Positions 19,009 through 29,821 are shown, counted from the first letter of the stretch. The stretch: 64,000 nt of DNA from Clostridiales bacterium UBA7001 (GCA_002449785.1 DJXP01000019.1:102676-166675); one strand, 5' to 3'. A program made the numbers and translations. Notes: a model not told the origin generated them from the letters alone.

Positions 19009-20241
19009 ATGAAATTAAGAAAAAAAATTTTGATTTTTGTGATATTATTTATTGTTTTAATAAATAATTATGTATTTGCAGATGAGCTTAGATTAAATGC
19101 AACATCAGCAATTTTGGTTGAAGTAAGTACTGGCAGAATTATTTATGAAAGAAATTCAACTGAAAAGAAGTATCCTGCAAGTATTACCAAAATTATGACT
19201 GCAATTTTAGTTTTAGAAAATTGTAAATTAGAAGATATGGTAACGGTTTCAGAAAGTGCATTAAGTAATATCCCAAGTGGATATGTAACATGCGATTTAA
19301 TTGCAGGAGAAGAAATATCTGTTGAAAATTTATTATATGCACTTATGGTTAAATCTGCTAATGATGCAGCTTATGTATTGGCTGAACATGTTGGTGGAAC
19401 AGTAGATGCCTTTTCAGACATGATGAACATAAAAGCAAGAGAATTAGGATGTACAGGAACTCATTTTGTAAATCCAAATGGAATTCATGAAGAAAGGCAT
19501 TATACAACAGCATATGATATGTACCTTATAGCAAATTATGCTATGAAAAATGAGACTTTTAGAAAACTAGTAACAACTAAATCATATACTTTGCCAGCAA
19601 CTAATTTATATTCTAAAGCTGATAGAAGTTTTAATACAACAAATGCATTAATTGATGATAATAGTTCATTATTTTATAAATATGCAATAGGAATAAAAAC
19701 AGGATATACTTCTCAAGCAGGGGAATGTTTAGTAGCTGAAAGCTCTAGAGATGGACTAGATTTTATTGCTGTTGTTTTAGATGCCGGGACACCTAGTCAA
19801 GGAAATAGATTTATAGATGCCAAAAAATTATTTGATTATGGTTATGATAACTATACGTTAACAAAAATTAAGGAAAAAAATACAGTTATAGATACTATAG
19901 AAATAGAAAATGGAGATAAAGAAACCAAAAATTTAGATGTTTTAATAGATTCAAGTATAACAGTAATAAATAATAAATCGATAGATATAAATGGATTAAT
20001 TCCTGATATTACATATAATGAGAACTTATTGGCACCAATAAAAAAGGGGGATAGTATAGGAACAATTAAGTATAAACTTGAAGGAATTGAATATAGCGCA
20101 GGTTTAATTGCAGGAGCTGATGTAATAGAAAAACCTGATTACAGTATTTATATAATATTAAGTGGAGTTGTTTTATTGATTATTTCTTTTGGAATAATCA
20201 AGAATAATAATAGAAAAAATAGAAGGAGACATAGAAAATAA
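19009..20241 (+). CDS. D-alanyl-D-alanine carboxypeptidase (S11, PBP5-type) with C-terminal anchor
   Basis: SxxK motif 'ASITKIMT', SxN motif 'SAND' and 'KTGYT'. The ATG at 19009 with its signal peptide is preferred over the ORF-track start at 18889. Confidence 0.85.
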   Translation: MKLRKKILIFVILFIVLINNYVFADELRLNATSAILVEVSTGRIIYERNSTEKKYPASITKIMTAILVLENCKLEDMVTVSESALSNIPSGYVTCDLIAGEEISVENLLYALMVKSANDAAYVLAEHVGGTVDAFSDMMNIKARELGCTGTHFVNPNGIHEERHYTTAYDMYLIANYAMKNETFRKLVTTKSYTLPATNLYSKADRSFNTTNALIDDNSSLFYKYAIGIKTGYTSQAGECLVAESSRDGLDFIAVVLDAGTPSQGNRFIDAKKLFDYGYDNYTLTKIKEKNTVIDTIEIENGDKETKNLDVLIDSSITVINNKSIDINGLIPDITYNENLLAPIKKGDSIGTIKYKLEGIEYSAGLIAGADVIEKPDYSIYIILSGVVLLIISFGIIKNNNRKNRRRHRK

Positions 20242-20257
20242 TATTGTAAAACATTAT

Positions 20258-20290
20258 AAAAGCTTGCTTATTAAAAAGCAAGCTTTTATT
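20258..20290. terminator. Bidirectional terminator
   Basis: Stem AAAAGCTTGCTT / AAGCAAGCTTTT between convergent genes. Confidence 0.7.
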
Positions 20291-21303
20291 TAAAATTTTC
20301 CATAATTTTTTTTGTTTCTTTTTTATCATAAATGAAAAACCATAAATCATTATATTTATCAGATTTCCCAGGTAATTGTGTGCTTTCAATATTTTGAGTG
20401 TCTAGTTCTACTATTTTAGGTATATATGGAATTAAATCATTTTTTTCTAAATTTGTTTCTATGTTATTAAATACAGAGTCTATTATTTTATTAGCTTTTA
20501 ATATATTTTTTATATCCATAGTTTGTTTGGCTGTTTTTTCAATAAAGTTTCTTTGTGTTTTCATTCTACCAAAATCGTTATCACCATATTCTGATGGATA
20601 AGATGTACCATCATTATTATGTCTAAATCTTAATAATTGTTCTGCTTTTTCACCATCAATTAATTGATAACCTTTTTTTAAATGAATATGCAAATTTTGT
20701 GTTGGATCGTCATAATCCATATCAATAGGAACATCAAAATAAACTCCCCCGAATGGCATCAACTAAACTAATTAATGATTGATTATTAATTAATGCGTAA
20801 TAATTTATGTCGCTATCTGTAATTTTATTTACTGTTTCAAGAAGTTTATCAATTCCTTTTTTTGAATATAAAGAATTAATTTTATCAGAACCTTTTGCTG
20901 TAGATGGATTTTTTCCTATAAATGTGTCTCGTGGTATTGAAAGCATTTTTATAGATTGTTTTTGTGGATTATATGAGCAAACAATGATTGTATCTGTGAG
21001 TTTTGTATCAATATCTTCGCTTATACCAAGAAGAAGTACATTAATTGTTTCTAAATTTTCTAAATCTTCCACAGATTGTCCAAGAATTGTGCATAAAACG
21101 CCTTGGATTCCGCCACCATTATCTTGTACTTTTTTATAGAATAAAATTCCAATTATAATTATTATTAGTAGTAGAAATATAAAAAAATTTCTAATTGGAT
21201 GTTTTTTTCTTTTTTTTATTTTCTTTTTATTCTTATTTGATTCTAAAACAGTATTATTATTTTTTTTGTCTTTTTTATTTCTTTTGTTTTCTATTCTGTT
21301 CAA
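20286..21303 (-). pseudogene. LytR-CpsA-Psr (LCP) family gene interrupted by a 1-nt frameshift
   Basis: The N-terminal ORF (20734-21303) has 'LLLGISEDIDTKLTDTIIVCSY...SIPRDT'. The C-terminal ORF (20286-20762) continues 'GGVYFDVPIDMDY...'. Deleting one nucleotide at the C5/G run (20746-20751) gives 'LVDAIGGVYFDVP'. Confidence 0.75.
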
Positions 21304-21335
21304 TAAATTGCTCCTTTAATTTAAATGAGTATAAT

Positions 21336-22031
21336 TTAATGTTTTGATATTAAATTAATAATTATATTGTGGTTATACATTTTACTTCCTATTAAAGAAT
21401 CACTAATATAACCGATTATTCCCCATGAATTAATTATAGGAGAAATTAGAGAGAATATTGCTAAAATTATATAAACCGTTATCATTCCTTTTAAAATACC
21501 ATATATTAAACCACCTGATTTATTAAATGTACTAATAATAGGAAGTGATGCGAGTATATCAGCGATAAATCTGACTAGTAATAATGCAAACTTAGCAACA
21601 ACAAAAATAATTACCATTGATCCAAATCGAATAAATGCATAAGCTAATTCAGTTGAAATATATACTAAAGCATTACTATCTTGTGCTTTTGCAAGTGCAT
21701 CTGATAGAAGTGAATTTATTAAATTTACAATTCCTTCAGATAAATTAGTATTTGAAGTTGTTAAAGCTTCATTATCAGCTAAAGAAGTATTTGATAAACT
21801 ATTTTGTATAGCTGATGCAATTTTTTCATCAATTTGAGTATTAGTTATAATTGCATTTGAAACTGGTTTATATAGTGCAAGTACTATTAGTATTGATACT
21901 ATAAAAACACATAATTTAAAAATAACACCAACTAGTCCTTTTCTATATCCTAAATATGTTGATGAAGTAATTATAAATAGTATAATTAAATCTACAATTA
22001 TTCCACCTAAAGATAAACTTAATGCTTCCAT
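21336..22031 (-). CDS. cvpA: CvpA family membrane protein
   Basis: N-terminus 'IIVDLIILFIITSSTYLGYRKGLVGVIFKL' and four TM helices match the CvpA pattern. Confidence 0.65.
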   Translation of the reverse strand: MEALSLSLGGIIVDLIILFIITSSTYLGYRKGLVGVIFKLCVFIVSILIVLALYKPVSNAIITNTQIDEKIASAIQNSLSNTSLADNEALTTSNTNLSEGIVNLINSLLSDALAKAQDSNALVYISTELAYAFIRFGSMVIIFVVAKFALLLVRFIADILASLPIISTFNKSGGLIYGILKGMITVYIILAIFSLISPIINSWGIIGYISDSLIGSKMYNHNIIINLISKH

Positions 22032-22097
22032 TTTTATTCCTTATATACTAAATTTAGGTTTTTATTTAATACTTGGATTTACCTATAAACCAAATTT

Positions 22098-23321
22098 TTA
22101 AAAGTCTATAACTTCAATTCTATTTTTATATACAATTCCTAAAATGCTGTCTCCTAATATTATATTACTTATTTGTTTATTTGAAGTATATTTTTTTATC
22201 ATCCAGCCATTTGAATTTACAATTTGTATTTCGTTTCCAAAGTTAAGTGCCATAACTGAATTATTTGTAACAAGTGATTTTGGAAGACCATTATTTAATA
22301 TATATAAGTTTTCAGATTTGCTTTCAATACTTTTTATTAATATTTCATATTCATAAGAAAATAAACCAGAAGATTGTTTAGTTATTGTTGCAATATTATT
22401 TTTTAGATGTATATCAGCGAATATGTCTTTATCTGAAAAATCATATATTCTTTCATTACTGTCTATTCCAACTTTTTGAATATATTTATCAAACATGCAA
22501 ACTGCAATATTTTTATCTTGGTATTTTATATTAGTTATAATAGAATCATTATCAGCTTCATATACATATATTACTGAATTTTCCGGATCAGTTTGAGCAA
22601 GCTCTACTGAAAGTATTTTTATATATGATTTAATAATTGTTCCTGTAAAATCTACTTCTCCAATTGCTAAATATTTATTATCATTAGATATTGCTGTACA
22701 TATAGCGTAATTTGTAGAAATATAGCTTCTAAAAAGTTCATTACCATTTAAGTCAAAATAAAGTACTACTGATCTATAAATAGTATTTTTCATTACAACA
22801 CTTACATATCCGTTTTGATTTACATTAACTCTTACAATACTTCCATCAACTGTTTTTTGCCAGATAATATTTGAACCAGAAATTAAATATATTTTGTCAC
22901 TATCTTGTTCTGCTAATACTAAATATTTTCCATTAGTTTCAACTATAGGGACAGCAATATTAACACTTAGTTCAGAAGATATTTTGCCTGAAGAATTATA
23001 TGAAGTTAAAGTGTTTTTACTAAGTATAGCGATATATTTATCATATGCATATAATGAGGGATTTGAATCTGGGTCTACTTCTATTGTTGTAAGCGAAATA
23101 TCAGACACTTCTTTTTTTAATATTTTTGTGTCAACAGATAGTCTAAAATCCTCATTGGTAATATATCTAGCTACTAAAAAAACTATTGAAAAAAGTATTA
23201 TTAGTATAATTATAGATTTTAAATTTGAAGAATTATGAGTTTCTTTATTATTAATTTTCACTATTTTTTCACCTATAAATTTTCTCACAAATATAATAAC
23301 AATTAAACATTTTTTTTTCAA
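22098..23321 (-). CDS. N-terminally anchored repeat (beta-propeller-like) protein, DUF5711-like
   Basis: One TM helix followed by about 330 aa of beta-rich repeats. The start codon is uncertain. Confidence 0.4.
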   Translation of the reverse strand: MKKKCLIVIIFVRKFIGEKIVKINNKETHNSSNLKSIIILIILFSIVFLVARYITNEDFRLSVDTKILKKEVSDISLTTIEVDPDSNPSLYAYDKYIAILSKNTLTSYNSSGKISSELSVNIAVPIVETNGKYLVLAEQDSDKIYLISGSNIIWQKTVDGSIVRVNVNQNGYVSVVMKNTIYRSVVLYFDLNGNELFRSYISTNYAICTAISNDNKYLAIGEVDFTGTIIKSYIKILSVELAQTDPENSVIYVYEADNDSIITNIKYQDKNIAVCMFDKYIQKVGIDSNERIYDFSDKDIFADIHLKNNIATITKQSSGLFSYEYEILIKSIESKSENLYILNNGLPKSLVTNNSVMALNFGNEIQIVNSNGWMIKKYTSNKQISNIILGDSILGIVYKNRIEVIDF

Positions 23322-23351
23322 GTATTATTTAATGTTTTAAACACCAAATAA

Positions 23352-23380
23352 TTGACAAATCTAAATTAGAAGTTTATAAT
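23352..23380 (+). promoter_or_regulatory. Consensus SigA promoter for tRNA-Arg
   Basis: TTGACA (23352-23357), 17-nt spacer, TATAAT (23375-23380), about 20 nt upstream of the tRNA. Confidence 0.7.
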
Positions 23381-23401
23381 TAACATTGTGATATTTAAAT
23401 T

Positions 23402-23477
23402 GCACCCATAGTCTAATTGGATAGAATGGCAGGCTACGAACTTGCAGAAGGGGGTTCGAATCCCTCTGGGTGCACCA
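23402..23477 (+). tRNA. tRNA-Arg(ACG)
   Basis: Cloverleaf folded by hand. Acceptor stem GCACCCA/TGGGTGC, anticodon loop CTACGAA, T-loop GGTTCGAATCC, and CCA is encoded. Confidence 0.9.
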
Positions 23478-23486
23478 AAAAAGTGG

Positions 23487-24005
23487 CTATTTTTGGCTAC
23501 TTTTTTTTGTATTATACACTGCAATAGAAGTTGAAACTATGGAAATACAATTTGAAACAATACCAGCAACTGAGAAAACACATATATTATAAATTAGCCA
23601 TAAAAAGTAGCAAAAAAATGCTACTTTTTTTACTTGTAATTCATTACCATTCCAAATAAAAAATAAGTATATAGTTGCTGCAAGTATAGGAAGAATTGAA
23701 AAAATGTTTTGATAAGATATAATTCCAGATATTATATAAACAGTAAATATTAAAAATAAAACGAGTTTACTATTTAATTTTTGTTTTTTTTCTTTAAGTA
23801 TTATTATTTCATTTCTAATTAATGCTATTATTTTTGTGAAACATCCACTATAAGCATGTAAGAAAAAATAATGAATGATATCTAAAATATTTGCAATTAA
23901 CATTGTTTTAAATATTTTTTCTTTATCTTTTTTATGATATGCCATTAAAGAGATTATAAATGCAGAAAATCCAAATGTCTGTGAAATTATATAAATATGG
24001 TTCAT
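23487..24005 (-). CDS. Small polytopic membrane protein (YgjV-like?)
   Basis: 172 aa with about five TM helices. The family guess is weak. Confidence 0.4.
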   Translation of the reverse strand: MNHIYIISQTFGFSAFIISLMAYHKKDKEKIFKTMLIANILDIIHYFFLHAYSGCFTKIIALIRNEIIILKEKKQKLNSKLVLFLIFTVYIISGIISYQNIFSILPILAATIYLFFIWNGNELQVKKVAFFCYFLWLIYNICVFSVAGIVSNCISIVSTSIAVYNTKKSSQK

Positions 24006-24160
24006 TAGTTACCTCGATTTTTTTATTATTATTTATTATTCTATCAAAAATATAATGAAAAGCAATACAATAATAAATTATTACAAATTAACAATTATTA
24101 TTGTATAATTAAAAAAATAATATATAATTTTATATATAAATTATTATAATAGAGGTTTTT

Positions 24161-24880
24161 ATGATAGAGATTAAAAATGTAAGCCAGTCATATGTAAAAG
24201 GTAAAAAAACAATTGACAATATGAACTTAAAAATAGATGATGGAATAATTTTTGGATTTATTGGGCCAAATGGAGCGGGTAAAACTACAACAATAGAAAT
24301 GATTACTGGAATTTTAGATATTGATGAAGGAGATATTTTAATTGATAATCAAAGTATAATTTCAAATCCAATAAGTGCCAAAAAACTTTTTGGATTTGTG
24401 CCAGATACTCCGGATGCATTTGAAAAATTAACAGGAATAGAATATTTGAATTTTATTGGAGATATTTATGAAGTATCTCAAGAAAATAGAAAACTGATGA
24501 TTGAGGATTTAGCTAAAAGGTTTGAAATATATGATAGTTTGCAAGATAGAATACAGAGTTATTCACATGGTATGAAGCAAAAATTATTAATTATAAGTGT
24601 TTTATTATATAATCCTAAGAATTGGATATTAGATGAGCCCATGACAGGACTTGATCCTAAAGCTTCATATATATTAAAAAATTTAATGAAAGAACATAGT
24701 CAAAAAGGAAATACTGTATTTTTTTCAACACATGTTTTAGAAGTAGCAGAAAAACTATGTGATAAAATTGCTGTAATAGATAAAGGCAAAATCATTTTTG
24801 TAGGTACAGTAGATGAGCTTAAGGAAAAATCTAAAACAAATGCATCACTTGAAGAATCATTTTTAAAAATTATTGAATAG
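24161..24880 (+). CDS. ABC transporter ATP-binding protein (ABC-2 type)
   Basis: Walker A 'GPNGAGKTT', signature-like 'YSHGMKQKL' and Walker B 'WILDEP'. Confidence 0.85.
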   Translation: MIEIKNVSQSYVKGKKTIDNMNLKIDDGIIFGFIGPNGAGKTTTIEMITGILDIDEGDILIDNQSIISNPISAKKLFGFVPDTPDAFEKLTGIEYLNFIGDIYEVSQENRKLMIEDLAKRFEIYDSLQDRIQSYSHGMKQKLLIISVLLYNPKNWILDEPMTGLDPKASYILKNLMKEHSQKGNTVFFSTHVLEVAEKLCDKIAVIDKGKIIFVGTVDELKEKSKTNASLEESFLKIIE

Positions 24881-24900
24881 CGGATATTTATAAAACATTT

Positions 24901-25077
24901 TATAGTTGTATTAGCAAATGTATAAATTATTTTTTTCATTCCTTGTGTGTCGCAATTTTCTTTTAAATATTTTTATATGAAAATTGCTCCAATCGCATTA
25001 CATTCACTTCGTTCATTTCATTTAATCGCTTACGCGGAATTTTAAAAAATAATTTATACATTTGTTAATACACTATA
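24901..25077. repeat. About 177-bp inverted-repeat element between the ABC ATPase and permease genes
   Basis: 33-35 bp arms TATAGTTGTATTAGCAAATGTATAAATTATTTTTT and its near-exact reverse complement. Inner hairpin GCAATTTTC...GAAAATTGC. Confidence 0.8.
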
Positions 25078-25112
25078 ATTTATTAACCAATAATACCTAG
25101 AAGGAGAATAAA

Positions 25113-26750
25113 GTGCGAACTCTAAATAGTGTAATTTATAAGAATTCAAAAAGGAAAAATGAATTAACTACTAAAAATAATAGTATACCACTTGCTGGAC
25201 TTGCTTTTATTATTGTTTTTTCATTTTTTTCTATTATAATGGTAGTATTTAGTTATACAGTTACAAGTGGATTATTGAAAATTTCGCAAGCTTATGCATT
25301 TATTAATATTTTATTTCTTATGAACTTTTTTATACTATTTACTAAAAGTGTATTTGAAAGTTTAAATGTTTTGTATTTTGCAAAAGATTTAAGAGTTTTA
25401 CTTAGAATGCCAATAAAATCCAAAGATATTCTGCATGCAAAATTTTTAAATATGATTATTTCCGAATATCAAATGGAAACTATTATGCTTGCAGTTCCAA
25501 TGATAGTATATGGAATATTAACCAAGGTAAATTTTGTTTTTTATATTTATATGATTATAGTTTTAGCACTTCTTCCAACTATTCCAATAATGATAACATC
25601 TTTAATTATTTCAATTATTATGAGATTTACTAATTTTATAAAAAATAAGAATAAAGTTGCATATATAACAATAATATTTACTATAATTATTGCAAGTCTT
25701 TTAACGATTGGAATGAATAGCCAAACCACGTTTTCTGTTAATTCTTTTAGAAATATGATTTTAAGAGCTAATGGACTTGCAGAGACAATATCAGATTATT
25801 TTATTTTACTTAAACCAATTATGAATACAATGATTAATTATGATAGTTTATATGGTTTGCAAAATTTATTATTATATATTATAGAAAATATATTATGTTA
25901 TCATATTATTTTAAATATAATATCAAAAATCTATTTAAAAGGTGCAATTGGAACAACAATAAATAGTAATATAGATAAAAATAGAATAAATAATTATTCA
26001 GAAAATAATTATAAAAAATATAATAAAAATCTCTCATATATAGTTAAAGAATTAAAAATATTATTAAGAAGTCCAATATTTTGTATTCAGTGTTTAATAA
26101 TGCCTCTATTAGATCCTATTATCATTTTGGGAATTATTTTTGGATTATTAAAATTTGCAGACAGTGTTGGTATGGATTTAATTAATAGTTTCCGAAGTAT
26201 TGTAGAATCTGGATTAGGTGGATTTATTTTTCTGGGAACTTCTCAAGTATTTTTTATGATGAATTTTAGTTCCATAATTGCAGTATCAAGGGAAGGAAAG
26301 AATGCTATTATTTTAAAGGTATTACCAATAAGTTTATATAAGCAATTCAATTTAAAGATTACAATTGGACTCATAATAAACTTTTTTACAAGTGCTTTAG
26401 CTACAATTACATTTTTTATTTTTACAGAGAAATTATTTTTTTCATTTATTTTGTTAATAGTTTTAACTATTATGAGTTTAATTAGTGAAAAAGTAAAATT
26501 ATTTATTGATTTAAAAAATCCTCAGCTTGATTGGAATAGTGAATATACAATGATGAAGCAAAATACTAATGTTATGTATGAACTTTTCTATACTGTTGTA
26601 ATTTCTGGAATTTTATTAATTTTAAGTAAAATAATAAATAGACTTGGAATATATATTTTTGTTTGTTTGATTTTATTTACTATTATTAATACTTATTTAA
26701 GTATATATATAAAAAAACATCAAAAAAAATTATTCAAAAATGTTTTTTAA
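25113..26750 (+). CDS. Polytopic permease partner of the ABC ATPase (putative ABC exporter family)
   Basis: 545 aa with more than ten TM helices. GTG start preceded by an AAGGAG Shine-Dalgarno sequence. Confidence 0.55.
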   Translation: MRTLNSVIYKNSKRKNELTTKNNSIPLAGLAFIIVFSFFSIIMVVFSYTVTSGLLKISQAYAFINILFLMNFFILFTKSVFESLNVLYFAKDLRVLLRMPIKSKDILHAKFLNMIISEYQMETIMLAVPMIVYGILTKVNFVFYIYMIIVLALLPTIPIMITSLIISIIMRFTNFIKNKNKVAYITIIFTIIIASLLTIGMNSQTTFSVNSFRNMILRANGLAETISDYFILLKPIMNTMINYDSLYGLQNLLLYIIENILCYHIILNIISKIYLKGAIGTTINSNIDKNRINNYSENNYKKYNKNLSYIVKELKILLRSPIFCIQCLIMPLLDPIIILGIIFGLLKFADSVGMDLINSFRSIVESGLGGFIFLGTSQVFFMMNFSSIIAVSREGKNAIILKVLPISLYKQFNLKITIGLIINFFTSALATITFFIFTEKLFFSFILLIVLTIMSLISEKVKLFIDLKNPQLDWNSEYTMMKQNTNVMYELFYTVVISGILLILSKIINRLGIYIFVCLILFTIINTYLSIYIKKHQKKLFKNVF

Positions 26751-26809
26751 ATTGACTTTAAAATTGCTAATGATATAATTTAGATAGTAAATAAAAGGAG
26801 GTATTTTTT

Positions 26810-27472
26810 ATGAAAAAATACATTAGTGAATTTATTGGAACTTGTGTATTAGTTCTATTTGGATGTGGAACAGCAGTTGTAACTGGCGCTGATGTTGTAG
26901 CAACATCTTTAGCATTTGGTCTTTCAATTGTTGCAATGGCATATGTAATTGGAAACATTTCAGGATGCCATGTAAATCCTGCAGTTTCTTTAGCAATGCT
27001 AATTAATAAAAAAATGGATGTAAAAGAATTTTGCTTATATGTTGTATCACAAGTTTTAGGGGCTTTTTTCGGAGTAGCACTATTAAAAATGATTTTAGCA
27101 GGAACATTGATGGGAACAGAAGCATTAGGTGCAAATGGATATGGAGAACTTTCTGCTTCAGGAATATCTTTAGTATCTGCAATTTTAGTTGAAGTAATAC
27201 TTACATTTGTATTTATTTATACAATTTTAGGAGTAACATCTGATGACAAAAAAGGAGCTGTTGCTGGAATTGTTATAGGATTAACTCTTACATTTGTTCA
27301 TCTTATAGGAATAAACTTAACAGGAACATCTGTAAACCCTGCAAGAAGCTTAGCACCAGCCGTATTTTTAGGTGGAGAAGCTTTAAAACAAGTTTGGGTA
27401 TTTATTTTAGCACCATTTGCGGGTTCAGCCATTGCTGCAGTTGTTTACAAGTTTTTAAATAAAGAAGCTTAA
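26810..27472 (+). CDS. aqpZ: Aquaporin (MIP family, AqpZ-like)
   Basis: Two NPA boxes, 'HVNPAVS' and 'SVNPARS', and six TM helices. Confidence 0.9.
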   Translation: MKKYISEFIGTCVLVLFGCGTAVVTGADVVATSLAFGLSIVAMAYVIGNISGCHVNPAVSLAMLINKKMDVKEFCLYVVSQVLGAFFGVALLKMILAGTLMGTEALGANGYGELSASGISLVSAILVEVILTFVFIYTILGVTSDDKKGAVAGIVIGLTLTFVHLIGINLTGTSVNPARSLAPAVFLGGEALKQVWVFILAPFAGSAIAAVVYKFLNKEA

Positions 27473-27496
27473 TATAATAAATAAAGAATACTAATG

Positions 27497-27533
27497 AAAG
27501 CTATGTATTGTTTTAATATATAGCTTTTTTTAT
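27497..27533 (+). terminator. Rho-independent terminator after the aquaporin gene
   Basis: Stem AAAGCTAT / ATAGCTTT followed by a T7 run. Confidence 0.6.
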
Positions 27534-27690
27534 TTTATCGGAAATTATACATACTTCCTATAAAATAAAGTCTTAGATAGCATTGAGTATTAGATTATAT
27601 TTAACATAAAAAATAATTGAAAATGAAAATTGTTATTATTATTCTATTATGTTATAATATTTTAAAATTTATAATATCATAGGAGGTCTA

Positions 27691-28722
27691 ATGGATTTAG
27701 AAAACTTTGATTTTAAATCTTATTTAATTCAAATTGGTTTAGAAGAAAAATATGCTAAAATGCCAGTTGTAATTGAGTTTTTAAAAAATAGATTAAAAGA
27801 AGTAAAAGAGGATGACGAATTTGAAATAACTGACCGCGGAATCTTCTATAAAAATGGTGTAATTCGATTAGAAAGTGGTAAACTACGAATTTCGCCAAAT
27901 AGTTTTTTTACAGAGAAAAATGATGTATATGTTTATATAGAAGATGAGTTTTCTAAATATAAAATATCTGTTTTAGATGAATTTGGAACAATACAAAAAA
28001 TAATATACAGTAAAAAACATTCGTATGCGGATGAATACGAAAGAGTCGAAAGATTATATGAGTTAGATACTCCAATTATCGAATCTGTTGTAACTTACAA
28101 TGAAGAGGAAATATCACAAGATTATATTGCAGATTATGGAGACCCAGTTAGTTTAAATCCCAATGCTAAGAGCTTTGAAGAAAACTATAACTATTATACT
28201 AGAAAATATCCTGAACTTAAAAAATGGTATGATGATAGATATAAAATTAGCAATAAAAAAATTAAAGAATATTCTAATAAATTGAAAGATAAACAAAGCG
28301 ATTTGAGTATTAGGCTTATAAATGAACAAATTGAAAGATTTAATGGTTATATTGAAGAAGCTAAAAATAGAAAACAAGAATATCAAGAAAAACTTGATTT
28401 TAGAATGAGTTTATTTACAAATTGTAATTTTATAAAAAAACTTTTTTATAAACCATTAATAAAAGATATAAACGAAGAATTTAAGAAAATTGATGAAAAA
28501 AATGAATATAAAATAAAATCTGATGATGAAAAACTTAAAATTGAACATGAGAAGTTAGATAAAGATTATACCAATCCATTATCTGAAAAAGAAAAAGAAC
28601 TTGAAACCTTGAAAAATATTATGATAGATAAGAAAGTTGAACTTCATAATATTGAAAGAAATATTGGAGATATTATTAAAAAGATTGAAATTATTAAGCT
28701 TAAAACGCAAGATATAGAATAA
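27691..28722 (+). CDS. Hypothetical coiled-coil protein
   Basis: The C-terminal half is rich in K/E heptad-like sequence. No motif recognised. Confidence 0.5.
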   Translation: MDLENFDFKSYLIQIGLEEKYAKMPVVIEFLKNRLKEVKEDDEFEITDRGIFYKNGVIRLESGKLRISPNSFFTEKNDVYVYIEDEFSKYKISVLDEFGTIQKIIYSKKHSYADEYERVERLYELDTPIIESVVTYNEEEISQDYIADYGDPVSLNPNAKSFEENYNYYTRKYPELKKWYDDRYKISNKKIKEYSNKLKDKQSDLSIRLINEQIERFNGYIEEAKNRKQEYQEKLDFRMSLFTNCNFIKKLFYKPLIKDINEEFKKIDEKNEYKIKSDDEKLKIEHEKLDKDYTNPLSEKEKELETLKNIMIDKKVELHNIERNIGDIIKKIEIIKLKTQDIE

Positions 28723-28739
28723 TTAAGGAGTAAGTTAAT

Positions 28740-29315
28740 ATGAAAGATTTAAGTAAAATTAATAAAGTATTGATAAATGTTGATATGGTAAATGGATTTG
28801 TAAATATTGGCGCTATGCACGATAAATATATTAATCATATAATACCAAAACAAATAAGTTTAATGGAAGAATTTGATAGGGAAGAGCAAAAACTTAATAT
28901 TATAGTAAAAGACACACATAAAGAAAATTGTATGGAGTTTAATAGATATCCTGTACATTGTGTTGAAAATACAGAAGAATCTGAACTTGTAGATGAATTA
29001 AAAAAATTTGAAAATGAAAATTCAATTTGCTTTAAGAAAAATTCTACTAGTACAATTTATGCAGAAGGATTCTTAGAATTAATAGATAACCTTAAAAATT
29101 TACAAGAAGTAATAATAGTAGGATGTTGTACAGATATTTGTATTTTAAATCTAGCAATACCTCTTAGAAACTATTTTGACCAAAAAGATAGAAATATTGA
29201 AATAATTATATATAAAGATTGTGTAGAAACATATGATGCACCAAATCATTCAAGGAATGAGTATACTGAAATGGCTTATAAATTAATGACACAAGCAGGA
29301 ATTAAAATCATTTAA
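28740..29315 (+). CDS. Isochorismatase/cysteine-hydrolase family protein (nicotinamidase-like)
   Basis: 'VLINVDMVNGF' and the catalytic-Cys region 'VIIVGCCTDICILN'. Confidence 0.7.
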   Translation: MKDLSKINKVLINVDMVNGFVNIGAMHDKYINHIIPKQISLMEEFDREEQKLNIIVKDTHKENCMEFNRYPVHCVENTEESELVDELKKFENENSICFKKNSTSTIYAEGFLELIDNLKNLQEVIIVGCCTDICILNLAIPLRNYFDQKDRNIEIIIYKDCVETYDAPNHSRNEYTEMAYKLMTQAGIKII

Positions 29316-29320
29316 ATCAG

Positions 29321-29821
29321 GTGGTGGGACTTAGGTTTGTATCTGAAAATATATATTTAAAAGATTATCCTGAAATAATGGAAATGTTTGAACGAACTAC
29401 TTCTATTGAACAAAGAGCAGTTTCTTTTAAAGTAAAGGAAGGTTACAAAAATAAAATTATTGAGACTTTTAATAATACTTTTGGAAACGATTTTTCACTT
29501 TATGAAAAAAAGGATATTATTGATAGTAAACTATTTGGAGACGGAGTTTCAAATGAATTATTTGAAGAAGCTATTGGAGATTTTATTGCAATAGCGGAAA
29601 AATCTAATAAATGCTTATTAACATATGGAGATAATCCTCAATTCTCACAACATGCAGGTTATACTGATGAGGAAATTTATATTCCATTAGGATTACTAGA
29701 CTATATACCTACTAGTAAGGTAATAGTAGGACTTGGAATTATTAAATTTAGAATGCCTATTAGTTTGGTTATACAATTACACAACCAAAATGCTTTACAT
29801 AATTGGTTCTTTAATGTATAA
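29321..29821 (+). pseudogene. Probable 3' remnant of an alkaline-phosphatase/phosphodiesterase-superfamily gene
   Basis: Only a C-terminal-like region is present ('FSQHAGYTDEEIYIPLGLL'), with no N-terminal metal-binding half. GTG start, and the tail of the ORF looks like read-through. Weak call. Confidence 0.3.

Noticed and set aside
23402-23477. Co-occurrence of tRNA-Arg(ACG) and tadA (63443-63904) as a linked system
   Set aside because: TadA does edit A34 of tRNA-Arg(ACG), but the two genes are 40 kb apart and both are universal housekeeping genes. This is not unusual.
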